A stretch of DNA of 62,271 nt, the filler included. It is 6 parts of 6 records of this genome, joined end to end, with 100 filler letters (N's around TTAATTAATTAA, not from the genome) between each part and the next. Parts side by side here need not be neighbours in the genome. Positions count along the whole stretch, not along the records: positions 1 to 16,406 come from SRR33789315_7; positions 16,507 to 46,129 come from SRR33789315_13; 4 more parts are not named here. One strand, given 5' to 3'. Positions within the stretch are counted from its first letter, which is position 1. Every line of letters starts with the position of its first letter. This document shows positions 9,322 to 17,439 of the stretch, piece by piece. The notes beneath the pieces were generated by a model. It was not told the origin of the DNA. It saw only the letters and a program-made list of their open reading frames with translations, and searched no databases. The translations under genes and the position numbers were made by a program.

Positions 9322-10995
9322 ATGAGAAAATCAAAAACAACAAACGGACTCACAGTTAATGCTATTGCTGGCTCCTATGCCGTTATCCTAGGTTTCGATA
9401 TGGAACCGAACAACTGTGAGGGATTACTAGGGTTTTCAATTCACAGGACAGATCATTCTGAAAACGAATCATATTATATGAAGGGTGTGAAAACCTTTGA
9501 GGAGACAGACCCTCAATTTCCATCAGGTTCACAATATTCGACTAAAGACCACCCTTGGCAGAGTTTTCAGTGGGCAGACTATTCTGCAAAGCCCGGACAA
9601 GTTTACACTTATACTATTTCGGCATTAAAAGGAAAGCCGACAAAATTGATCCCGTTTGCAACAACCACGATAAAAGTTACAACGGAAACAGAAGAAAATG
9701 AAGTTCACAATGTCTATTTCAACAGAGGCATATCAGCCGTTCAAGAATATGTTCGAAGATTTGGTAATGAAAAGCCCGCAGAGGATGATGCACCTGATAG
9801 TCCAAAATTTAAATGGCTATCTAGAGGACTTTATGAGGCCCTGGAAGATTTCGTTGGTTCATGTATACCAGGCAGACACAGCTTGAGAATTTCAGCTTAT
9901 GAATTCAATTATCGTCCATTTCTCAGACTTTTAAAGAGTTGTATTGAAAATGGGGTTGACATTAAAATTATTTATGATGCCAGAAAAGATTCGCCTAAAA
10001 TTAAAAATGAAGAAAGGATAATTGAATGTGGGTTAGAAGATTACTGCTTTCCACGTAAAGAAGGTAAATCATACATATCTCACAATAAGTTCATTATTAA
10101 ACTTGAAAATGACACACCAATTAGTGTTTGGACTGGCGGAACAAATTTTTCAGTTGGAGGAATCTTTGGTCATTCAAATGTAGCACATGTAATTAGAGAA
10201 GAAAAAACTGCTATGAAATTTATGGAATATTGGAACGAATTAAGTCAAGATAAGAAGACAGCAGTTATTAAAAATGATGTAGAAAGAATATCACCTACAC
10301 CATTTATCCCAATAATGATTGGAGAACAATGTGTTTTTAGTCCAAGAAAGAATCTGGATGCATTGAATTTATACAGTGACTTAGCCTTATCAGCTAAAAA
10401 TGGATTATTTATAACGTTTGCGTTTGGCATAAACGACCTATTTAAAAATGTTTACCAAAATAGTAATGCCACTCTAAGGTTTGCCCTTTTAGAAAAGAAA
10501 ACACGACCAATGAAAAAAGACTCACCTGAAAGAAAGGCAGAAGAGGATGCTATTGACCAACTAAGATTTAAAGCTGAAAATATTTTTGCAATTGGTGACT
10601 TTATAAAGACAAATAAATTTGACGGTTGGGTTAAAGAGACACTTTCAGGTTTAAATCACAATGTACAGTACGTTCACAATAAATTTATGCTGATTGATCC
10701 ATTGAGTGTAAATCCTATTGTAATTACAGGTTCAGCAAATTTCAGTGAAGCTTCTACTACTAAAAATGATGAGAACATGGTAATTATTTGTGGAGATACA
10801 AGAGTTGCTGATATTTATTTAGGAGAATACATGAGATTATGGAATCATCATGCCTTTAGAGAATTTCTCAATAAATCAAATAATATAATTGCTGGATTTA
10901 AACCCAATCATCTTAGAACAGATGATTGGTGGAGGGATTACTATAAAAACAACGATAAGGCAGCAAGAAGAAAATATTTTTCAAATACCAAATAA
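9322..10995 (+). CDS. Phospholipase D-superfamily (Nuc-like) protein with two HKD-type motifs
   Basis: SHNKFIIK..VWTGGTNFS and VHNKFMLID..ITGSANFS..NDEN; N-terminal beta-rich region (WADYSAKPGQVYTYTI). Confidence 0.85.
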   Translation: MRKSKTTNGLTVNAIAGSYAVILGFDMEPNNCEGLLGFSIHRTDHSENESYYMKGVKTFEETDPQFPSGSQYSTKDHPWQSFQWADYSAKPGQVYTYTISALKGKPTKLIPFATTTIKVTTETEENEVHNVYFNRGISAVQEYVRRFGNEKPAEDDAPDSPKFKWLSRGLYEALEDFVGSCIPGRHSLRISAYEFNYRPFLRLLKSCIENGVDIKIIYDARKDSPKIKNEERIIECGLEDYCFPRKEGKSYISHNKFIIKLENDTPISVWTGGTNFSVGGIFGHSNVAHVIREEKTAMKFMEYWNELSQDKKTAVIKNDVERISPTPFIPIMIGEQCVFSPRKNLDALNLYSDLALSAKNGLFITFAFGINDLFKNVYQNSNATLRFALLEKKTRPMKKDSPERKAEEDAIDQLRFKAENIFAIGDFIKTNKFDGWVKETLSGLNHNVQYVHNKFMLIDPLSVNPIVITGSANFSEASTTKNDENMVIICGDTRVADIYLGEYMRLWNHHAFREFLNKSNNIIAGFKPNHLRTDDWWRDYYKNNDKAARRKYFSNTK

Positions 10996-11002
10996 AGGAC
11001 AC

Positions 11003-11353
11003 ATGAGAACAACTAAAGAAGTTTGGGAGCATCATTGCATCGCTTTTGCTAATGCAAATATTGATGATTTAATGTTTGATTTTGCAGATGATGCAATCTA
11101 TGTAACAACAAATAATGTTATTAAAGGCAAAGACAACATTCGTAAACAATATGATAACCACTTTAAATCCCTCGAAACAGGTTCAACATCAAAAATAATC
11201 AGTGAGACTATTGAGGGTGAAATAGTATTCTTTGAATGGACTGCCGATACACCTTCAATCTATATCCATGATGGTGTTGATACTTTCGTAATTAGAAATG
11301 GTTTTATTGTTGCACAAACTGTAAGAGGAACAGTAATTAGCAAAGCAAAATAA
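11003..11353 (+). CDS. SnoaL/NTF2-like protein
   Basis: Likely start is ATG 11003 (7 nt after the PLD stop) rather than 10889; HH..AF..ANIDDLM.DFADDA, DGVDTFVIRNG.IVAQT. Confidence 0.8.
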   Translation: MRTTKEVWEHHCIAFANANIDDLMFDFADDAIYVTTNNVIKGKDNIRKQYDNHFKSLETGSTSKIISETIEGEIVFFEWTADTPSIYIHDGVDTFVIRNGFIVAQTVRGTVISKAK

Positions 11354-11365
11354 TATTTTAAAATT

Positions 11366-13879
11366 ATGCATAAAAACATTCTTTCTTTTTGGCAACATTT
11401 AGAGTCTTTGCCTAAAGGTCATTCCGACAGATTAACTCCAAGAGTATGCACACTTTTGCAAGATACTTTTGAAAAATGGCATTCTAAACCCAAGTGGGTA
11501 GGCTTTGCTGAAATGGGTCATTTATTTGACTATTATAAAAATGAGGAGCTATCTAAGATCAAGTCTCTTTCAGTAGCTGAAAGGAAAGGATTAGCTGTAA
11601 AAAAACTATTTGAATTTATTTCAGACCCAATTAATAGAGAATCTAAAGGGGCAATGGAAATTAATCCTATGGAATTAATTGTTGGTACACTTCCACCATA
11701 TTCAGTTGGTCAAGGAAAAGAGCTTATTAGATATTTAACTGAGGATGAAAGACTTTATTGGGAATTAAGATATTATAATGAGTGGTCGCCTTTTGGTCAC
11801 ATAGTACCAGATCACGATATAATTTTAAAAAAGGGAATTTTAGGGATAATTACGGACTGCCAAGAAAAACTAAATCACTTAATACCTAATCAGTTAAAGC
11901 AGAAACAATTCTACCAATCAGTTATCAATTCTTTAGAAGGGGTGCTATTTTATATAAATGCCTATTCAGACTTCATTTTAGAATATTCTAATTCATTTCA
12001 TCCAAATGATGAAAGGGCGATTAATCTTAAATCTATCTCTGAAAGATTACGAGAATACCCTGCAAAACCTTCTGAAACATTTACAGATGCTTTGCAGTCG
12101 ATTCATATCATGCATTGTGCCCTTCATTGGTCGGGCGAAATTGTGCCAATTGGTCGCCTTGACCAATTGCTCAATGAATTTTATGTTAAAGATTTGGAGA
12201 AAGGCATCATTACTAAAGAAAAGGCACAGGAGACTCTTGATTGCTTTTGGATTAAACTAGACGAAAAGGTTGTACACAACAGAAGATTTATCGAAGACAG
12301 ATTTACTTCGTCAGATGGTGCTTTACTAGGCACAGGTGGTCCCAGTAATTTCGACCAAGGGGCATTGGTTAATCAGTGGATGCAACAGGTAACTATTGGA
12401 GGAGTAATTGCTAATAATAACGATGAAGCAACAGATGCAGTAAATGAAATCACATTTATGTGTATGGATTCAGCAAGGCGATTACCTCTAAATAGCCCAA
12501 CGCTTGATTTAAGAGTTCATGCAAAAAGTGATAGTAAATTATTTGAAGCTGCCGCAAAAACTATTTTAAGTGGTGGTGCTCACCCCATCTTAATGAATGA
12601 TGATAAAATTATTCCTGCATTACAGCATAAAACCGGAGGTTATGTCGAACTTAAAAGTGCAAGAAACTATGCATGTGACGGCTGTTACGAAACACTATTC
12701 GCAGGTGAAACTGAGTTTAGTTTTGGATTTGTTGGAGCGCTTGATGTTTTGGAAAAGACTCTGAACAGTGGAGCTGGATTTGCCTTCTCAGGTAGTACAT
12801 TTTTGAGGGGAAGCAAGGCTAGTTTACGAACCAAACAAGCTAAAGACCTTTCCACATTTGATGAATTCTGGTCGATATTTGAACAGCATCTTTTACTCGG
12901 CTGTCACAAATTTTTACACGGGATTCTTTCTGCTTATGGAAGTAAAGAGAATGTTTCCCCTTCTCCATTATTATCAGCAATGATTAATGGCTGTATTGAT
13001 ACTGGAAGAGATTTAGCTGGCGGTGGTTCAAGATACCATCTATTTTCACCTTTAATGACAGGAATCAGCACAGCAACAGATTCATTATACGTAATTAAGA
13101 AACTAGTATTTAATGACAACCTATTTTCACTTGAGGAATTGGTTTCATGTTTGAGAACAAATTGGGGAAGAAACAAAGAAGTAGTAGGTCTTAAAATATC
13201 TGATGAAAGGATAAATGATATTAGAAATCTGTGTATAAGTCAACCTAAATTCGGTCAGGGACATAAATATGTTGATGAACTTGCTTACGAATTAATCAAC
13301 TCATTTTACGATTCACTTCAAATAGCGAGAAAAGATAAAGTGCATGAAGAAAATTGGAAGCGACTTCAAAATCAATACGACATAGATGGACGTAAATTTG
13401 AAATTTTAATTGCTCCAGGTGTAGGCACTTTTGAGCAGTACAATTTTTCAGGCTCTTTTGTCGGGGCAACTCCAGACGGAAGATACGCCTTTGATTCTAT
13501 TGCTTCGGATTTATCCCCTTCTCCTTATCATTCAGATCAATCAATTCCTCAAGTCCCAGCAATAAAATTTATAGATGGATTGGAAAGTTATTCCGATTAC
13601 TCCATAAATCTGCTTTCCGATGGTGCACCGCCTGATTTTAATATCAAAGAAGACTTTGATGAGGTTGCTTTAACCAAAATAATAAAAGCCTTTGCTGAAG
13701 GTCATGGAGGCAATATGCTTACTATAACAGTAAGTGATCCTGAATCTTTTAAAAATGCCCAAGATAATCCAGATGATTACAATTTGCTCAGAGTAAGGAT
13801 GGGAGGATGGACAGAGTTTTTTATTTCATTGTTTCCAGCCCTACAAGAACAGCATAAAAGAAGGCCATTGTTTAAATAA
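11366..13879 (+). CDS. Glycyl radical enzyme (PFL2/diol dehydratase-like superfamily) with divergent Gly loop
   Basis: ELIVG, GHIVPD, GRLDQ, QQVTIGG, Cys loop YACDGCYE, GATPDGR, C-terminal AQDNPDDYNLLRVRMGGWTEFF (canonical RVxG[YF]). Confidence 0.9.
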   Translation: MHKNILSFWQHLESLPKGHSDRLTPRVCTLLQDTFEKWHSKPKWVGFAEMGHLFDYYKNEELSKIKSLSVAERKGLAVKKLFEFISDPINRESKGAMEINPMELIVGTLPPYSVGQGKELIRYLTEDERLYWELRYYNEWSPFGHIVPDHDIILKKGILGIITDCQEKLNHLIPNQLKQKQFYQSVINSLEGVLFYINAYSDFILEYSNSFHPNDERAINLKSISERLREYPAKPSETFTDALQSIHIMHCALHWSGEIVPIGRLDQLLNEFYVKDLEKGIITKEKAQETLDCFWIKLDEKVVHNRRFIEDRFTSSDGALLGTGGPSNFDQGALVNQWMQQVTIGGVIANNNDEATDAVNEITFMCMDSARRLPLNSPTLDLRVHAKSDSKLFEAAAKTILSGGAHPILMNDDKIIPALQHKTGGYVELKSARNYACDGCYETLFAGETEFSFGFVGALDVLEKTLNSGAGFAFSGSTFLRGSKASLRTKQAKDLSTFDEFWSIFEQHLLLGCHKFLHGILSAYGSKENVSPSPLLSAMINGCIDTGRDLAGGGSRYHLFSPLMTGISTATDSLYVIKKLVFNDNLFSLEELVSCLRTNWGRNKEVVGLKISDERINDIRNLCISQPKFGQGHKYVDELAYELINSFYDSLQIARKDKVHEENWKRLQNQYDIDGRKFEILIAPGVGTFEQYNFSGSFVGATPDGRYAFDSIASDLSPSPYHSDQSIPQVPAIKFIDGLESYSDYSINLLSDGAPPDFNIKEDFDEVALTKIIKAFAEGHGGNMLTITVSDPESFKNAQDNPDDYNLLRVRMGGWTEFFISLFPALQEQHKRRPLFK

Positions 13880-13888
13880 TATTATATC

Positions 13889-15871
13889 ATGGAAAAAAAG
13901 ACATACATACCAAGACCGCTTCCAATATTAGATAGTCCTTATCAAAGTGGTATTTCTGATCCCCAGTTTCCTTTGCTTCCTTCTACTTTTGAATTGGAGA
14001 ATGATAAAGACTATGAATTGTTCCGCGGTCGTGTAGATAAACAAGGTTATGCAGCAATTTTGAAGGCAAACATTGCAACTAAAAATAAATTAGAGCTAAA
14101 AATTTTACTTCAATTATTATCAGATTTAGCCTACTATGAAATGACTCGAACACCGCAATCTGATAAAAAAGAAGATTTGGCAAGAATTCCAGATTCATTG
14201 GCGCAAATACCTGAATCTTGGCGAGTGTCATTCACCATTGCGTTCGGCCATTCTCTATTTGTTGATAAATTTGGTAATGATAGATTTGGTTTAAGTTTTA
14301 GAAAACCCAAAAACTTAAAAATTATTCCAAAATTTCCTGGTGACGAATTTGACCCATTAAATTCAGTTTCTGACATATTGATATTAGTCGCTAGCGATCA
14401 TCCTTATGTTAACCTAGCAATTACCAGAACCCTTGCCGAATATGTAAACAAGAAATTTGCAGCTAAACAAAATAAAAACAAAGTAGAGAATGTTTTTCAA
14501 GTTATAAGTGTTCAACAAGGATTTGGTCGTCCCGATTCGAAGGAGTTTTTAAAGTTTAATGACGGAATAGACAATCTTAGAGCAAATATCGACTTAGAAA
14601 AATTAGTTTATGTTGATGAAAATTGTAATGAACCTGAATGGTGTATTGGAGGTTCGTACTTGGTTTATAAAAAGATTAGAGAAATGATGCCAGTTTGGGA
14701 GGCATTTTCAAAATCAACCCAAGAAGGTATTATCGGCAGAGAAAAAGCTAGTAGCTTACCACTTTCTAATAATAAAGAAGGGATAAATAACTTAACACCT
14801 GTTTATCCTGACCCCACAGACCCTAAAGATGGTCCATTAAATGCACACATCAGAAAGGTACAACCAAGGAGACCTAATCCTGACTTATTTGGTGAAAATG
14901 ATTTGAATAGAAGATTTTTAAGAAGACCATATCCATTTTTTGATGGAGTTGATGAAAATGGAAAGTCAATCAATGGTCTTCATTTCATTGCATTTATGAA
15001 AAGTATTCAAAATCAATTTGAGCATGTAACGAATATGTGGCAAATGAATCCAAATTTTCCAATTGAAGGTACTGGCATTGACGCTTTATATGCGAAAGAA
15101 GTTTTAAAAAGTATAGATGGAGGTTACTATTTCTGTCCACCTGCGAGAAAAACAAAAGATGATTTCATTGGGTCTGGGTTGTTTGAAGAATATGTAAAAG
15201 CTCCTTACAAAATTCCACAACATATTTATGGCTATGGGATAACATTTGTTGATATTGACGAAACAATTTTCAATACTATCGCTACTATCAAAGTAATAAA
15301 AGGAGGTATTGTAATAAAATCATTAGACAATAAAGAGTTTAATGATTACAATTTGCAAGAGGGCGAATCTTATGATTTTGGCGAGTTCAGAGATTCAGAA
15401 ACCTTTCTAAACACATCCAAACCCATAGTTTCAATAGTTTCCGAGATAAAAAAAATACTAAATATAATTTCTTCTAATTCAGAAGGGAGCAGGATTGTAT
15501 TTCTAACTGCACGAAGTGATTTTGATAACAAGGAAAGGTTTTTAAATACTTTTCGAAAGTATGGTATAGACATAGATTCTTCTAGAATGTATGTTGAAAG
15601 ATCAGGAAATCTCCAGACAGGAACTGTTGCTGAAAAAAAGAAGAAAATCGTATTGGAGTACTTGAAGGATGGTAAATATAGAAGGGTTAGACTAATTGAT
15701 GATAATCAAGTCAATCTTGATGAATTCCTAACTATTAAAAGGTCATTAGATTCGGGCATTATTGAACTAATCAAAAAAAATCATTTTTTGGATGACTTAA
15801 CCGATCCAATTGAATTCTATGCTTATCATGTAAACCATGAAGGAGAAATGAAATTGATAGGAAAAGAATAA
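13889..15871 (+). CDS. DyP-type heme peroxidase fused to C-terminal HAD-superfamily phosphatase
   Basis: DyP: FNDGIDN (distal Asp), GGSYLVYKKI, AHIRKVQPR (proximal His), RRPYPF (distal Arg), GLHFIAF, GGYYFCPP. HAD: FVDIDETIF, LTARSD, KKK, LIDDN. Confidence 0.85.
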   Translation: MEKKTYIPRPLPILDSPYQSGISDPQFPLLPSTFELENDKDYELFRGRVDKQGYAAILKANIATKNKLELKILLQLLSDLAYYEMTRTPQSDKKEDLARIPDSLAQIPESWRVSFTIAFGHSLFVDKFGNDRFGLSFRKPKNLKIIPKFPGDEFDPLNSVSDILILVASDHPYVNLAITRTLAEYVNKKFAAKQNKNKVENVFQVISVQQGFGRPDSKEFLKFNDGIDNLRANIDLEKLVYVDENCNEPEWCIGGSYLVYKKIREMMPVWEAFSKSTQEGIIGREKASSLPLSNNKEGINNLTPVYPDPTDPKDGPLNAHIRKVQPRRPNPDLFGENDLNRRFLRRPYPFFDGVDENGKSINGLHFIAFMKSIQNQFEHVTNMWQMNPNFPIEGTGIDALYAKEVLKSIDGGYYFCPPARKTKDDFIGSGLFEEYVKAPYKIPQHIYGYGITFVDIDETIFNTIATIKVIKGGIVIKSLDNKEFNDYNLQEGESYDFGEFRDSETFLNTSKPIVSIVSEIKKILNIISSNSEGSRIVFLTARSDFDNKERFLNTFRKYGIDIDSSRMYVERSGNLQTGTVAEKKKKIVLEYLKDGKYRRVRLIDDNQVNLDEFLTIKRSLDSGIIELIKKNHFLDDLTDPIEFYAYHVNHEGEMKLIGKE

Positions 15872-15881
15872 GCCAACCCTA

Positions 15882-16010
15882 AAAGCAAGCACATTTGCAA
15901 TTCGCACAAGCCAATGCACAAACCGAAAATTGCAAAAGAGCTTGCTTTGCCAACGCTTCAAAAATTGTTTTTATAAAATTTGCCAACTTTTCAAAAAAAA
16001 TAAAAATACA
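15882..16010 (+). repeat. Right structured trailer of cassette 2 (hairpin plus IR arms B' and A')
   Basis: Hairpin AAAGCAAGC-ACATT-TGCAATT..AATTGCA-AAAGA-GCTTGCTTT 15882-15948; GCCAACGCTTC 15949-15959 is a direct repeat of 9146-9156; IR arms at 15961-15973 and 15996-16010. Confidence 0.7.
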
Positions 16011-16097
16011 CCGACATACAGCCCGACAAACACAGCAGACAATGACAGAGAAACTCAATATTGACAATGTTACAGCGACACGAAAGAAGGAAGGCCA

Positions 16098-16300
16098 GCA
16101 GGTAACAATGTATATAAAACATAGCTATTATAGGCTTTAACAAAGGTTTTCGTGTGTTTGCGAAGACCGCCAAATTTTTAAATTTGGCTTTTTGAGAAAT
16201 TTAAGATAAAAAGAAAATTTAAAAATTCGGCTCGTGTATAATCCGAAACCATAGCGTCTTTTTACACGCTACGTTTCATATACGGAGACGTTGGAGCACA
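16098..16300 (+). repeat. attC-like recombination site 2
   Basis: GCAGGTAAC..GTATATAAAACATAGC pairs with GCTACGTTTCATATAC..CGTT; inner arms GCCAAATTTTTAAATTT/AAATTTAAAAATTCGGC; about 200 bp imperfect palindrome. Confidence 0.7.
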
Positions 16301-16406
16301 TTCAGCTAAAGCTGACCAAAGTTGCTACACAACTACGTTGTTCCCGCCCCTTTGGTTATGTGCTCCAACGCCCCGCTATACCAAATCACATATAACTTTC
16401 TCTATA

Positions 16407-16506
16407 NNNNNNNNNNNNNNNNNNNNNNNNNNNNNNNNNNNNNNNNNNNNTTAATTAATTAANNNNNNNNNNNNNNNNNNNNNNNNNNNNNNNNNNNNNN
16501 NNNNNN
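16407..16506. other. Artificial contig linker
   Basis: 44 N + TTAATTAATTAA (stop codons in all six frames) + 44 N. Confidence 0.98.
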
Positions 16507-17381
16507 TGAATCACACCGCCATTATAGGCATAGACCCAATAGCTTTTCTCGCAAACTGTGACCGAATTTTTTTCAATATGGAACTTTCCTGGAAGCATTT
16601 TTAAATACTTCATCAGATTTCTAATGCCGTCATATGTTTGGTCAATAAGTTCAGGTTGAAAAGCATGGGGATTACCAATCTCAATGGTAATACAGTGAAT
16701 GCCCATACCATTGGCCCAGGCCCTTAGCGTTCCCTGTTCATCATATTTATTGACAATAATTTGTGAATTTTGAAGTAGGGCCATCTTTCTAGTGACATGG
16801 TTGTCTAAGTCAGCCCTAACATAAAGAGAGTTAATGCGACCAAAGCTAGCAGTATGAAGATCACAAAGATAATCAAACTTGTTAATGATTCGATTGACTA
16901 AGTTATAACAATACATCTCCGACGCCGTTCCATACTCTTTGCCTGGAAATAATCTATTAAGATCTTTTTTGTCGGTGAACTCACGTTGTTTGGCAAGAAA
17001 GCCAGGAACGTTAACGACAGGAATAGCTACGAGTGTGCCTTTAAGCTTCGTCACATCAATGGTGTTAAAAAGTTTAAAAATTGTTGGAAGACCATTAAGC
17101 TCATTACCGTGAAGGGCGGCAGTGATGCCAAGAACTGGGCCGTCTTCGACGCCTCTGGCCACAAGAACCGGAACACGCCAATTGACTCCTAGTGGGCTTT
17201 TTTGGATATCGATATTGATACGGTGAATCTCGCCTTTGCGTAAGCGCTTGATATTGAGAGACTCAAAGTCTTTAAGATGAATTTTTTGCGCCAGTTTTGT
17301 ATTGTCGACTGGAATAGTCGTTTCTTTATGACGAGTCGACTTTTTAACGGTCTTTTTTTTAGTTACCTTAGTCTTAGCCAT
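16507..17381 (-). CDS. Succinylglutamate desuccinylase/aspartoacylase (M14-like) family protein, 3' truncated by contig end
   Basis: AALHGNELNG, DLNRLFPG, DLHTAS, ITIEIG; divergent from rimK. Confidence 0.88.
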
Positions 17382-17439
17382 CGTCCTTACCTCGCATTAT
17401 GATATTTACAATATTACCCTAGATGGAATGGTTTGAAAC

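Larger units (their letters stand above)
7450..16406 (+). mobile_element. Integron-like cassette array without integrase on this contig (CALIN-like); two complete cassettes and one ORF-less cassette start
   Basis: Each cassette start is the reverse complement of the R''-like box just after its last gene: GTTAGCAAAC 7450/GTTTGCTAAC 8920; GTTACCTGC 9046/GCAGGTAAC 16098; CGTTGGAGCACAT 16289/ATGTGCTCCAACG 16358. All genes are co-oriented. Confidence 0.75.

Noticed and set aside
8982-9325. ORFs 8982-9287(-) and 9080-9325(+)
   Set aside because: They overlie the attC-like site and structured leader; composition reflects the repeat and there are no protein motifs.
10889-11002. N-terminal extension of the SnoaL ORF in the track
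   Set aside because: Overlaps the PLD gene; ATG 11003 after AAGGA fits the operon spacing better.
15879-16173. Three short overlapping ORFs after the DyP-HAD gene
   Set aside because: They fall on the hairpin/IR/attC region and are most likely spurious.
16451-16462. Recurrent TTAATTAATTAA palindrome (five copies)
   Set aside because: Always centred in N runs; an artificial six-frame stop linker, not biological.
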